A program made the position numbers and the translations under genes. 64,000 nucleotides of DNA from the sequence record SRR20825019_2087; one strand, 5' to 3'. Positions within the stretch are counted from its first letter, which is position 1, and each line of letters opens with the position of its first letter. A model generated the notes under the pieces. That model saw nothing but the letters and a program-made list of their open reading frames with translations, did no database searches and had not been told where the DNA came from. This document shows, piece after piece, positions 1 through 9,726 of the stretch.

Positions 1-34
1 GGGCATCCTTGAATTCAAGGATGCCCGTTTTTTT
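1..34 (+). terminator. Intrinsic terminator of an upstream gene outside the window
   Basis: Perfect inverted repeat GGGCATCCTTG-AATT-CAAGGATGCCC followed by a T run. Confidence 0.85.
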
Positions 35-193
35 AATCACATTTCCACTCAAATAAGAAAGAAGAGAAATACAGCAATCAAATTATTCATCTCACTAGCT
101 AGAAGTTTTGTTCAATTGTCCCTCAGAAATTGTCAGTTGATCAACTGTTTCAACTTCCAAGCTACTTTGATTTAGTGTTTTCTAGTAAATCCC

Positions 194-201
194 TAATTTT
201 G
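194..201 (+). promoter_or_regulatory. Bacteroidota -7 promoter element for the alkB-like gene
   Basis: TAATTTTG matches TAnnTTTG, 10 nt before ATG 212. Confidence 0.6.
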
Positions 202-211
202 TCGTTGCAAT

Positions 212-820
212 ATGGATCTTTTCGAACACCTTCATGATGAATCAAGAAATCTTCTTCCCTCAGATGGGATCGTGAACTATTATGGTCGAATTCTCTCCGA
301 GCAAATGGCAAATGATTACTTCAAAAGCCTTTTGAACGAAATTGAATGGAAAAATGATGAAGCAGTGATCTTTGGAAAGCGCATCATTACTAAACGAAAA
401 GTAGCGTGGTATGGGGAGCAACGATTCGAATACACCTACTCCAACACCACAAAAAGAGCACTTCCTTTCACTCAAGAACTCCTCGAATTGAAGGCACTTA
501 CGGAGGAAAGAACAAAAGAATCCTTCAATTCATGTCTATTGAATTTATACCACGATGGAAGCGAAGGAATGGCTTGGCACAGCGACGGCGAAAAAGACCT
601 TCTCAAAAATGGTGCAATTGCCTCATTAAGCTTTGGGGCTGAACGAAAGTTTTCATTCAAACATAAAGAAACGAAGGAAACAGTATCGCTGGAACTAGCT
701 CATGGAAGTTTATTGGTAATGAAAGATATTACCCAGCACCACTGGCTGCATCGATTACCGCCAACAACAAAAATCCATTCTCCTAGAATCAATTTGACAT
801 TTAGAACAATCGTGCGCTAG
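212..820 (+). CDS. alkB: AlkB-family 2-oxoglutarate/Fe(II) dioxygenase (alkylated DNA repair)
   Basis: LLNLYHDG..MAWHSD (HxD), W.H, RINLTFR motifs. Confidence 0.9.
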   Translation: MDLFEHLHDESRNLLPSDGIVNYYGRILSEQMANDYFKSLLNEIEWKNDEAVIFGKRIITKRKVAWYGEQRFEYTYSNTTKRALPFTQELLELKALTEERTKESFNSCLLNLYHDGSEGMAWHSDGEKDLLKNGAIASLSFGAERKFSFKHKETKETVSLELAHGSLLVMKDITQHHWLHRLPPTTKIHSPRINLTFRTIVR

Positions 821-826
821 GATCCA

Positions 827-2365
827 TCATTGGGTCAATTCCTTATAAGCGGAATACTCGGCGTAATTCCATTCCAGCCAACTCCTCTTCTTCCATGACT
901 CAATGAATCTCTCTTTTCTTTGGGTAATTTTCTGCACATACGATTGAGGTGTCATATAAATCCTTGAATAGGAACTATTTAAAGACTCGGAAAAGGAAAC
1001 TTTAAAAAATGATTCTTTCTGGAACTCATCCGCGCCAATCAGCTTCTCTTCAGGTTGATCAAGAAAAGGCAAGGCAGAATCGGATAAACCAACCAAGTAA
1101 TTTAGGTGAATGAAAGACTTACTTGCATTCTCAAAATTATATTTCGCAATAATTCGGTCCCAATTAAAAAAAGTAGAAACCACCAATACGACCATCAAAG
1201 CGAATGCATTCCTTCGGAAAAAATAGTACTTCGATCGGGTTCGTTTTACTTTCCAATAGACAGTACACAAGGCAAAAACAACCAAAAAGAGAAAGAAAAA
1301 TATGGCAATTCTACGATCTGCTAGTGCATAATAATCGATATAATACCAATTTCTAATCCCCACGGAAATTGCAAGGATAAGATTCTGGAGCAACCAGAGA
1401 TAACTCAATCGTTTTAACCAGCTTCCCTTTGAGTAAAAATTCTGATTGTTTCGAAAAACGTACAAAACGAGTAGAATAGAAATTAGAATTGCCATAATCA
1501 ACACATATACTCCATTGTGTACAAAATCCTTTAAATACTGTCCTTCCCACTTAAAATTGAACCACACATAATTCACATCTAAGATGTTTAAAATCAGAAG
1601 TAAAACGTTCAATGCAGCGAACATAAAAACTGCTGATCTGTATTCATTGATTAAGCCAATGGGTGAAAATTGCGCATAAGGTCGATTTCTAATTCGCTTT
1701 AAATCGTCAGTTGATTGAGCGTCTGATGCTGCTATTCGCTCATTTCTTGAACGCACGAAAATGAACAAACTGACGATCACGCCGAGAAGAATTACACCAA
1801 CTAACACCATGTTTATCGAATCAAAAAATGCGCTCCATCCGTTGTAGATCATTTCAAAAAAGGAATCCGCGAGTTCTCCGAATTTTGGATTTGCCACTCC
1901 ATATATAATCACGAAACAAAAAATGATCATTAACGGAATGAGTAAAAGCAGATTTCTTCGAAGGTTGAATTTCACTTTTTTATGATTCACGCGAGAACTA
2001 GATAGCCGATTTTTCACTCTGGAGAAAGCAGAAAACAAACTCGAAAAGGACATTAAAAGTGAATTCAGCAATGAGTTAACTTCGGGAGCGCAAATCACCC
2101 CAATAAAAACGAAGAAACTGAGTATGTTTATCTGAATACTCAAGTTTGTATGATGAATCACTGAAAAAACAGAGGTCAAAACAACCGCCATGAAAACGAA
2201 ACTCACATTAAAATTCTTCAGTTTAATTTCTTTCGTCAGAATCAACCAAAGTAGCACGAGACCTTCAAAAAGAAAAAGGTTTAGTCCAAGTGAGCGCTTG
2301 TAAAAAACAAACGTGAAAACAAATGTGCTGAAAAGTAATGCGATAAGCGTTCGGCTTAGTGTCAT
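827..2365 (-). CDS. DUF4153/DUF4173-type polytopic membrane protein
   Basis: Many TM segments, YGVANPKF and Y.L..RRI motifs; ORF is open to 2434 but M24 (2365) is the likelier start. Confidence 0.7.
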   Translation of the reverse strand: MTLSRTLIALLFSTFVFTFVFYKRSLGLNLFLFEGLVLLWLILTKEIKLKNFNVSFVFMAVVLTSVFSVIHHTNLSIQINILSFFVFIGVICAPEVNSLLNSLLMSFSSLFSAFSRVKNRLSSSRVNHKKVKFNLRRNLLLLIPLMIIFCFVIIYGVANPKFGELADSFFEMIYNGWSAFFDSINMVLVGVILLGVIVSLFIFVRSRNERIAASDAQSTDDLKRIRNRPYAQFSPIGLINEYRSAVFMFAALNVLLLILNILDVNYVWFNFKWEGQYLKDFVHNGVYVLIMAILISILLVLYVFRNNQNFYSKGSWLKRLSYLWLLQNLILAISVGIRNWYYIDYYALADRRIAIFFFLFLVVFALCTVYWKVKRTRSKYYFFRRNAFALMVVLVVSTFFNWDRIIAKYNFENASKSFIHLNYLVGLSDSALPFLDQPEEKLIGADEFQKESFFKVSFSESLNSSYSRIYMTPQSYVQKITQRKERFIESWKKRSWLEWNYAEYSAYKELTQ

Positions 2366-2500
2366 GAGTGAATTTTGATTACTGAATGAACGCAGTTTTC
2401 TTTCTTGTAGTATTTTCCAAATTTGATTTAGCATTTATTAGGATTCCGAGTAACAAAAAAGATTTCTAACTTGGTCATTCAAACTATTTGAAAATCGCCT

Positions 2501-3025
2501 TTGAGCTTCGACGAAATATATCATGCACATAAAAATCTGGTATTTAACCTTGCATTGGGATATTGTCAGAACAAAGAGGACGCCGAAGAGATCACACAAG
2601 AAGTTTTTGTTTCCATTTTTGAAAAACAAGGACAATTTGAGGGAAATTCAAGTTTGAGTACATGGATTTATCGCATTACGGTCAATAAATCACTTGATTT
2701 TATAAAATCAAAGAAGCGTAAAAAAAGAAGTTTTCTATTTGGTTCAAAACGTTTAGATGATCCGAGTAAGTCGTTTGAACTTCCCAATTTCGATCATCCA
2801 GGTGTATTGTTGGAGTCGAAGGAAACAGTATCCGCCATTTTCGCTGCAATAAATCAACTTCCTGAAAGTCAAAAAACAGTAATCATTCTACTCAAAATGG
2901 AAGATAAAACGCAAGCTGAAACTGCTGAAATCATGCAAACAAGCATAAAAGCCGTTGAGTCATTGTATCAACGTGCAAAGAAAAATTTGAAGCAGTTTTT
3001 AAAAGACCCGAAGGATGGTGAATAA
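2501..3025 (+). CDS. ECF-type RNA polymerase sigma factor
   Basis: DAEEITQEVF, STWIYRITVN (region 2), LPESQK...S.KAVES...RAKKNL (region 4); TTG start. Confidence 0.92.
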   Translation: MSFDEIYHAHKNLVFNLALGYCQNKEDAEEITQEVFVSIFEKQGQFEGNSSLSTWIYRITVNKSLDFIKSKKRKKRSFLFGSKRLDDPSKSFELPNFDHPGVLLESKETVSAIFAAINQLPESQKTVIILLKMEDKTQAETAEIMQTSIKAVESLYQRAKKNLKQFLKDPKDGE

Positions 3026-3034
3026 AAGATCGTC
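3009..3034 (+). promoter_or_regulatory. Putative cognate ECF promoter, copy 1
   Basis: CGAAGGAT-N14-CGTC; the same motif and spacing recur at 5444-5469. Confidence 0.7.
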
Positions 3035-3044
3035 AAAAGAAGAA

Positions 3045-3302
3045 ATGGAACAGCAATTAGAAATATTAAAATTAGTTCAACGCGTTGAGGCTCCCGACTA
3101 CCTCTATGAGCGAATCATGAAGCGCGTAACCAAAGGCGAAGCAAGTATTATTCCTATTCGTTGGGTGGTTGCAGCTGCTGCCGCTCTCGTATTATTTTTC
3201 GCGGCAGATGCCTACTTGATTTATCAAAATCAGTCATCGAAAAAGCAAAACAGCATTGCGTCGCTTATCACTACACAAAGTAATCATCTTTACAATGAAT
3301 AA
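3045..3302 (+). CDS. Putative single-TM anti-sigma factor
   Basis: Directly after the ECF sigma; short cytoplasmic region (EAPDYLYERIM) plus one TM; ORF is open from 3015 but ATG 3045 lies downstream of the ECF promoter. Confidence 0.65.
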   Translation: MEQQLEILKLVQRVEAPDYLYERIMKRVTKGEASIIPIRWVVAAAAALVLFFAADAYLIYQNQSSKKQNSIASLITTQSNHLYNE

Positions 3303-3741
3303 GCTAAAATTCTATAAATGGTTGATCGCTGGTTTGGTACTGTCAAATGCACTTTTGATCTTGTTTCTAATTCTTGGAAAACCTCATCATCCTCAAAAAC
3401 CGCGAGATTTAATTATTGAAACGCTCCACTTTGATGAAAGTCAGATCAAACAATACGATGAACTTATTGTCTCTCATCGCAAATTGATTAATGACCATGA
3501 ATCTAAACTCGTTTTGGCAAAAAACTTGCTTTATCAAGAGCTTCGGAAGCCAGAAGACGGGTTAACTCGCGATTTTCTCTTGCAAAAGATCTCATCCGTC
3601 CAAAAAGATATTGAGCGAGCGCATTTTATGCACTTTTTAAACATCAAAGCACTTTGCAAAGAAGGACAAATGAAGGATTTTAATGCACTCAGTGAAGAAC
3701 TTGGAAAACTTTTTCAACCTCATCCACCTAGTAAAAAGTAA
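3295..3741 (+). CDS. Spy/CpxP-like periplasmic heavy-metal sensor family protein
   Basis: N-terminal TM, PHHP, L.FDE.Q and HF..IKALC..GQ...F helical pattern; overlaps the upstream stop. Confidence 0.65.
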   Translation: MNKLKFYKWLIAGLVLSNALLILFLILGKPHHPQKPRDLIIETLHFDESQIKQYDELIVSHRKLINDHESKLVLAKNLLYQELRKPEDGLTRDFLLQKISSVQKDIERAHFMHFLNIKALCKEGQMKDFNALSEELGKLFQPHPPSKK

Positions 3742-3751
3742 ATTAACCTCA

Positions 3752-4426
3752 ATGAAAAATGGTTTGATCCTATGCATATTCTTTTTTCTATTGAGTATTT
3801 CGGGATGCTTTGCTCAGCATGAATTAAATATACTGCCTACTTTTTATGGAGAACCATTGGAATTAGAAAAGAACTATTCACTCTCTGGCTCGGATTCCAT
3901 TCAATTCGAAACTCTAAAGTTTTATATCTCGAACCTACAGGCGAAGGATGAATCTGGAGAAACACATTCGTTCTCCGATAAGTATTTTTTGATCGATCTT
4001 GAACATCCGAAAAGTCAGATTATTCCATTTCCAAAAGGCACGCGCTTTACGCACCTAGAGTTCGACTTGGGAATTGATAGTTTAACGAATGTTTCTGGAG
4101 CGATGGAAGGTGCGTTGGATCCAACCAATGGAATGTACTGGACTTGGCAAAGTGGATATATTAACTTTAAATTGGAAGGCACGAGCACCAACTGTCCAGC
4201 GCGAAATCATTTTTTTCAGTATCATCTTGGTGGATATCAATTCCCCAATAATGCAATCCAACATGTTCGACTCGCTCTCAACGGAGACAATTGTCAACTT
4301 TTGTTTCCAGTAGATGAGTATTTACGCTCTGTGAACATCTCAGAAACGTATGAAATGATGCGTCCTTGCGAAAAAGCGGTTGAGCTTTCCTCTCTATTGA
4401 GTAAAGTATTTAAAACCCTTCCATGA
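3752..4426 (+). CDS. mbnP: MbnP-family copper-binding protein
   Basis: Signal peptide, LKFYISN, GALDP..GMYWTWQSGYINFKLEG (WxW), YHLGG; adjacent to an MbnH-like gene. Confidence 0.85.
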   Translation: MKNGLILCIFFFLLSISGCFAQHELNILPTFYGEPLELEKNYSLSGSDSIQFETLKFYISNLQAKDESGETHSFSDKYFLIDLEHPKSQIIPFPKGTRFTHLEFDLGIDSLTNVSGAMEGALDPTNGMYWTWQSGYINFKLEGTSTNCPARNHFFQYHLGGYQFPNNAIQHVRLALNGDNCQLLFPVDEYLRSVNISETYEMMRPCEKAVELSSLLSKVFKTLP

Positions 4427-5460
4427 ATAAATTTGGGCTAAAGTTTTTGTTCTTTGCATTTATAGGACTCGCCTGTGCAGTTCCACAGTTGAAAAAATGG
4501 AATTATCCCTCCTATTTTCCAACGCCCGTTTACGCTCTCGACAGTGTGACGCACTCAGAGGAAAAGGTTCAACTCGGTCGGGCATTATTCTACGACCCCA
4601 TTTTATCCTTAGATAGTACAATTTCATGTGCATCTTGCCATTCTCCGTTTAATGCTTTCGCACACACCGATCACGATTTAAGCCATGGGATCAACGATGA
4701 AATTGGGACTCGGAATGCTCCTGCTTTATTCAATTTAGCTTGGCAAAAAACATTTATGTGGGACGGCGCCATGAATCACATTGAAATGCAGGCACTCGCA
4801 CCGATTCATCATCCAAAAGAGATGAATGAAGACATCGCAAATGTTGTTGAAAAATTAAAACGCAGTGCTTTGTATCTTGATCTTTTCCGAAAAGCCTTTG
4901 GTGAATCTGAAATAACTGGCACCAAAGTACTCAAAGCGATTTCAAGCTTCGAATTGTCACTTATTTCAAGTAATTCAAAGTATGACCAAGTTAAAAATGG
5001 TCAAGCGAAATTTAGCGAGCAGGAAAAAAAAGGATACTCCATATTTAAAAAACATTGTAATAGCTGTCATACAGAACCACTTTTTAGTTCTTTTGAATTT
5101 GCAAACAACGGTTTACCAGTAGATACAACGCTCAATGACGTTGGAAGATTTGCTATTTCTAACAATCCATCGGATCGCATGAAGTTTAAAATTCCTTCAC
5201 TGAGAAATTTGACTTACACCTATCCATACATGCACGACGGTCGATTTAGAAAATTGAATCAGGTCATCACCCATTACACAAATGGAATAACGCACTCTCC
5301 TACTCTTTCCAAACAACTTCGAAAACCCATAAAACTGAGTTCAAATGACAAAGTGGATTTGATTTCCTTCTTGCTTACCCTTGACGACAAAACATTCGTT
5401 CAGGATACAGCACATCAATTTCCAAAATTAATTCTGGGTCAAGCGAAGGATCAAAACTAA
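4423..5460 (+). CDS. MbnH/MauG-like di-heme cytochrome c peroxidase-family enzyme
   Basis: Two CxxCH motifs (CASCH, CNSCH), RNAPALFN, FMWDG, FKIPSLRN, PYMHDGRF; ATGA overlap with mbnP. Confidence 0.9.
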   Translation: MNKFGLKFLFFAFIGLACAVPQLKKWNYPSYFPTPVYALDSVTHSEEKVQLGRALFYDPILSLDSTISCASCHSPFNAFAHTDHDLSHGINDEIGTRNAPALFNLAWQKTFMWDGAMNHIEMQALAPIHHPKEMNEDIANVVEKLKRSALYLDLFRKAFGESEITGTKVLKAISSFELSLISSNSKYDQVKNGQAKFSEQEKKGYSIFKKHCNSCHTEPLFSSFEFANNGLPVDTTLNDVGRFAISNNPSDRMKFKIPSLRNLTYTYPYMHDGRFRKLNQVITHYTNGITHSPTLSKQLRKPIKLSSNDKVDLISFLLTLDDKTFVQDTAHQFPKLILGQAKDQN

Positions 5461-5469
5461 AGCGACGTC
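5444..5469 (+). promoter_or_regulatory. Putative cognate ECF promoter, copy 2
   Basis: CGAAGGAT-N14-CGTC ending 23 nt before the YHYH gene start. Confidence 0.7.
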
Positions 5470-5492
5470 TAACTCGTTAAACATACTAAAGC

Positions 5493-6857
5493 ATGAAAAA
5501 AATCCTTCTTTTTAGCCTCTCATTTGGCGCGTTCGCGAGTCAAGCGCAGCTCAGTCCAGCAATTACTTCTTGGTTGCAGAATACAACTTTAACAGGGAGT
5601 TACTATACATCGGGAAATTCGACCGCGATTGATAATGGGATTCCATACAATTGTCAGCAAGTTGAATACTCTACAAATTATGTGTATGTATCAACCAATG
5701 GCGTGCCTTCCTATCCGACAGGTCCATTTTTGGATGGAAATCCATCGCAAGCATCTGATCAAAATGCTATTTTCAAAATTCCTTTGAATCCGCAAGAAAA
5801 CACGGGAACTCCTACGGCAACTACAGCTGGAAATGTGGGTGTATTTATCAATGGTGTAGCACTTTTTGATTATCGCGATGGTGTGGCATGGAACCCTACA
5901 ACTGGCGCATTATGTGGCGGTCCAGGAAATCCACCTTGCCCAGGCGGAATGGGAACTGCACAGGCATGGAACAGGGATGCAATTCCAGCAGAAATGGCAG
6001 GGTTTGATTGTTCTAAAGGTCACCCTGCGATGGGAAATTACCACCATCATCAAAACCCGTCGGCCTTCAAATTGGATTTGAATGTGCTTTCTTCAATTTG
6101 CAACTTATATGACGCCGATGGATTGTACGCCATTGATAGCAATATACATTCACCACTGATTGGATTCGCATACGATGGTTTCCCAATTTATGGCGCTTAC
6201 GGATACAAAAATGCCAACGGGACTGGTGGAATTACACGTATTAAGTCAGGATACCAAAAGAGAAACATTACTGTGAGAACTGAATACGCAAATGGTACAA
6301 ACGTAGATGATGGACCTCCAGTAAGTGCGACATATTTCTTAGGATACTTTAGAGAAGATTACGAATTCGTTACGAATGCTTCAGAAGACTATTTGGATGA
6401 GCACAACGGAAGATTTTGTGTTACTCCAGAATACCCAAACGGTACGTATGCTTATTTCTGTACGGTTGATGAAAATTGGAACTCAGCTTACCCATACGTA
6501 GTTGGACCAACATTCTATGGTGTGCACGAAAATCGTTTGGTAACAAGTATTGGTGAAACAACTACCGTGTATGATGGAACAAGCAGTGTTTCGGAAATTG
6601 ATGTGAATGAATTAAATATTTCTCTCTTCCCAAATCCAGCTTCAGACCTTATCGCCATTCAATTAAGCGGATTAAACAAAGAAGATTTAACGATTGAATT
6701 GGTTGATTTATCTGGAAAAGTGGTGAAATCATCACAAATAAACAAAGGACAAACGATTTCTTACTTTGATATTCAAGCAGTTTATGAAGGAAGTTACTTA
6801 ATTAGAATCTCTAATAATAGCTCATCTTCGATCCATAAAATTGCCATTAAACACTAG
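5493..6857 (+). CDS. YHYH-domain protein with T9SS type A C-terminal sorting domain
   Basis: Signal peptide; GHP..GNYHHH, HSPLIGFAYDGFPIYG, LDEHNGRFCVTPEYP; C-terminal FPNPA...G.Y.I......KI.IK. Confidence 0.88.
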   Translation: MKKILLFSLSFGAFASQAQLSPAITSWLQNTTLTGSYYTSGNSTAIDNGIPYNCQQVEYSTNYVYVSTNGVPSYPTGPFLDGNPSQASDQNAIFKIPLNPQENTGTPTATTAGNVGVFINGVALFDYRDGVAWNPTTGALCGGPGNPPCPGGMGTAQAWNRDAIPAEMAGFDCSKGHPAMGNYHHHQNPSAFKLDLNVLSSICNLYDADGLYAIDSNIHSPLIGFAYDGFPIYGAYGYKNANGTGGITRIKSGYQKRNITVRTEYANGTNVDDGPPVSATYFLGYFREDYEFVTNASEDYLDEHNGRFCVTPEYPNGTYAYFCTVDENWNSAYPYVVGPTFYGVHENRLVTSIGETTTVYDGTSSVSEIDVNELNISLFPNPASDLIAIQLSGLNKEDLTIELVDLSGKVVKSSQINKGQTISYFDIQAVYEGSYLIRISNNSSSSIHKIAIKH

Positions 6858-6884
6858 TAATTTCATCTTCGAAAATCTTACTTT

Positions 6885-6923
6885 ATGTCCAGAGGCCAAG
6901 TGCTTCTGGACATTTCTGTTTTT
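6885..6923 (+). terminator. Intrinsic terminator of the ECF/MbnPH/YHYH cluster
   Basis: ATGTCCAGAGGC-loop-GCTTCTGGACAT followed by a T-rich tract. Confidence 0.75.
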
Positions 6924-7053
6924 CTAAAATCGAATGACGTAGACTAAAACTTGGGATTTAGGTCTGAATTCGTTAATTTGTGAATGGAATACATTAAAAC
7001 GCTATTTCATTTACTAACCCCACTAACGCAGATCCCTACTTTAAAAGTTGAGC

Positions 7054-7785
7054 ATGATTGTTATTTCACGTAAATCAGAAGTACAGCCCATTATCGAAAA
7101 ATGCCTTAAAATCTATGCCCAAGATGGGGCTCAAAACTGCGTTAGAAACCTTCATGAATCCTTACTTACAAAAAGAGTAAAATTTCCTCTTCTTGAATAC
7201 TGTGGATACGAGCTTTACTTGAATACACCGCATGAAGAACATTTGAATTTATGCGATTCCATTGAACAATTAAAGACAGAAGGCGGAAATGTTTTATTAG
7301 GAACAATACTCCAACGACGTTTAGAAGATCACTTTGAAGAGTCAATTTTAAAAGCAGTAGAATATATTTCAAAATCTAACTTTTGGTATCCTTGTGATGT
7401 TATAGGTGAACGCGTTTTTGGAGTGTCATTACTGCGACAGCCAGCACAAACGATTGTTGAGATAGAACGTCTTTTTACACATCCGTCAAGTTGGGTCGTT
7501 CGATCGTTGGGAGCTGGCATTCACTACGCGATAAAAAATGGGCTTCCTGAGGACGATGTAAAAACACTATTCGCACTTTTGCTTGGGTCGGCTAAAAGCA
7601 CGGACAAAGAAATCCGACAAGGCATTGGTTGGGCAGCAAAAACAACGGCTAAGTTTCATCCTAGAATTATTGAATTTTATACCGCAGAAATCAATAATCG
7701 AGATAAAGTTGATAATTGGTTTAGTATGAAAACTGCAACTGGATTAAATGCGGGGCAATTCGACAAAAACGAGAACGGAGAATAA
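7054..7785 (+). CDS. AlkD-like HEAT-repeat DNA alkylation repair family protein
   Basis: W..CD, SSWVVRS, IRQGIGWA motifs; ORF is open from TTG 7048. Confidence 0.6.
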   Translation: MIVISRKSEVQPIIEKCLKIYAQDGAQNCVRNLHESLLTKRVKFPLLEYCGYELYLNTPHEEHLNLCDSIEQLKTEGGNVLLGTILQRRLEDHFEESILKAVEYISKSNFWYPCDVIGERVFGVSLLRQPAQTIVEIERLFTHPSSWVVRSLGAGIHYAIKNGLPEDDVKTLFALLLGSAKSTDKEIRQGIGWAAKTTAKFHPRIIEFYTAEINNRDKVDNWFSMKTATGLNAGQFDKNENGE

Positions 7786-7825
7786 AAAACACCAACTTCC
7801 AGAGAGGATTTTCTATTTTTAATCG

Positions 7826-8605
7826 GTGGTAAAAAAGAAAGTTAAAATTGTTGGTGAACGAAATTGTGGAACTAACCTCATTGAGCAGCTAGTTGACACA
7901 AATTTCGACGTTGAACTACTTAAGTTTTCTCCAAACAACCTTCAAATTTCCCTCTTAAAATATGTTCGGTATGATTTCATGCAAGATCTGATTCATTCTG
8001 CTCGTCAAGCAAAAGACTTGGGCTGGAAACATGGAATTCCATCATTAATTAACATAGACAGGTTTGCTCAAGATCAATTGGCGATCATTGGCATTTCGAA
8101 GAACCCATACGCATTTTTACTTTCGCTTTATCGGAGACCTTATCATTTCAAAGGAACGCTCGCTCCAACGTTTTCTGAATTTATTCAACAACCGTGGATA
8201 GCGAGAAAAAGAGATAATTGCCCTACAAAGAAATTAAGTTCGCCAGTGGAACTTTGGAACGTAAAAAATGCTGGATATCAACGCTTAGAAAAAGATCGTC
8301 CAACTTCCTTTCTATTCATGAAATACGAAGACTTGGTGCACGACCCGAAGAACACCCTAGACAGAATTAAAAGTCATTATCATTTAACCGAGTCAGGAGA
8401 CTCGTACACACTCATTGAGTCTTCGACCAAAGGCGACACAAAAAAACTTCGCGACTATAAGGAATATTACGGCAATGAAAGCTGGAAGGAAGAACTTACA
8501 GCCGAGCATATTTCTGAGATTAATAAAAAACTAAATCACAACCTAGTAGCTGAACTTGGTTATCAACTCCTTTCCCCAACAGACTTCACACCTAATTGTG
8601 TTTAA
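7826..8605 (+). CDS. Sulfotransferase-superfamily protein
   Basis: GERNCGTN (5'-PSB-like), KNPYAFLLS (3'-PB-like), KYEDLV.DP, terminal LGY. Confidence 0.65.
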   Translation: MVKKKVKIVGERNCGTNLIEQLVDTNFDVELLKFSPNNLQISLLKYVRYDFMQDLIHSARQAKDLGWKHGIPSLINIDRFAQDQLAIIGISKNPYAFLLSLYRRPYHFKGTLAPTFSEFIQQPWIARKRDNCPTKKLSSPVELWNVKNAGYQRLEKDRPTSFLFMKYEDLVHDPKNTLDRIKSHYHLTESGDSYTLIESSTKGDTKKLRDYKEYYGNESWKEELTAEHISEINKKLNHNLVAELGYQLLSPTDFTPNCV

Positions 8606-8616
8606 CCTTTAACATT

Positions 8617-9201
8617 ATGAGCGCATCCCACTTTCTTAAAACTGTTTTTCGCGAAGAGAATTACAACGAATCTGATCTTCATCGCATTCTTTCCAGTTTT
8701 CATAAAATCGAAGTAAAAAAAGGTGACTTTCTAATTCAAGAAGGTCAAATTAGCAGCTATTATTGGTTCGTAGAAGAAGGTTTTCTGCGTTCTTTTGTTG
8801 TCGACTATGCAGGAAATGACATCAGCACCCATTTTTATTCTGCCGGAAACATTGCCATTGATTGGTCATCTTTCTTTCAGCGAAAGCCAACTTTAGAAAA
8901 CATTCATGCGCTAACTGATTGCTTCATTTGGCAAGTAGATTTTGATTCATTTCAAGAATTATTTCATTCCATTGAGCAATTTCGAGAAGAAGGAAGGGCG
9001 CGATTAGTAGGAAGTTATTTTTCACTTAAAGCGCATAGTATTTCCTTAATTACCGATCCAGCGAAAGAACGATATTTGAGACTGATCAAAGAAAGACCGC
9101 ACATTCTACACGCCGTTTCTCTAAAACAAATTGCTTCCTTTTTGGGAATTACCGACACCTCTTTGAGTAGAATTCGAAAAGAAATTGCTTCCGAAGGTTG
9201 A
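8617..9201 (+). CDS. Crp/Fnr-family transcriptional regulator
   Basis: cNMP-binding-like N-terminus (FLIQEGQ, FVEEGFLRSF), HTH IASFLGITDTSLSRIRK. Confidence 0.9.
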   Translation: MSASHFLKTVFREENYNESDLHRILSSFHKIEVKKGDFLIQEGQISSYYWFVEEGFLRSFVVDYAGNDISTHFYSAGNIAIDWSSFFQRKPTLENIHALTDCFIWQVDFDSFQELFHSIEQFREEGRARLVGSYFSLKAHSISLITDPAKERYLRLIKERPHILHAVSLKQIASFLGITDTSLSRIRKEIASEG

Positions 9202-9206
9202 TTCAT

Positions 9207-9253
9207 TTCTTGTCTTATGACAAGAATCAACCGAAACCGTCGAAGTAGATTTG
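9207..9253 (+). promoter_or_regulatory. Palindromic operator (probably for the upstream Crp/Fnr regulator) plus -7 element
   Basis: TTCTTGTC-N4-GACAAGAA perfect inverted repeat at 9207-9226; TAGATTTG at 9246-9253. Confidence 0.7.
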
Positions 9254-9273
9254 TGGAATATAAAATGAAATCT

Positions 9274-9726
9274 ATGAAGACAATTTTTAACAAGGAGTGT
9301 CGCGAAGAACTGCTTAAGCGTATCGATCAGCTAAATGATCAAGATTCAGCCGTATGGGGAAAAATGAATCCCTATCAGATGTCTAAACACATGATTCTTG
9401 ACGCAGAAATGCTTTTAGGAAAAACAAGCTACAAACGTTTATTCATAGGGAAGCTCTTCGGAAAAGGAGCGCTAAAGAAAATCCTTTCGAACGAAAGCCC
9501 TATAAAACCCAATCAACCCACTCATGCGGCATTCAAAATTACCGAAACGGGAAAACTCTCTCCAAGTTCAGATCACTGGAAGGAACTTCTTCAGGAGTTT
9601 GGTTTAGAACAGGAAGCGACATTTAGTAATTTTGTGCATCCCTTTTTTGGACCTATGAGCAAAGAACAAATCGGAAAATATGCTTTCAAACACATCGATC
9701 ATCATTTAAGACAGTTTAATCGATGA
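9274..9726 (+). CDS. DUF1569 / DinB-like four-helix protein
   Basis: WGKMN..QM.KH, HPFFGPMS, KH.DHHLRQF; start 9265 or 9274, both downstream of the promoter. Confidence 0.85.
   Translation: MKTIFNKECREELLKRIDQLNDQDSAVWGKMNPYQMSKHMILDAEMLLGKTSYKRLFIGKLFGKGALKKILSNESPIKPNQPTHAAFKITETGKLSPSSDHWKELLQEFGLEQEATFSNFVHPFFGPMSKEQIGKYAFKHIDHHLRQFNR

Noticed and set aside
3942-3967. Third CGAAGGAT copy inside mbnP (another occurs near 13694)
   Set aside because: No CGTC at the 14-nt spacing, so not counted as an ECF promoter
3752-5460. Methanobactin biosynthetic cluster
   Set aside because: No mbnA precursor, mbnB/mbnC or mbnT in the window
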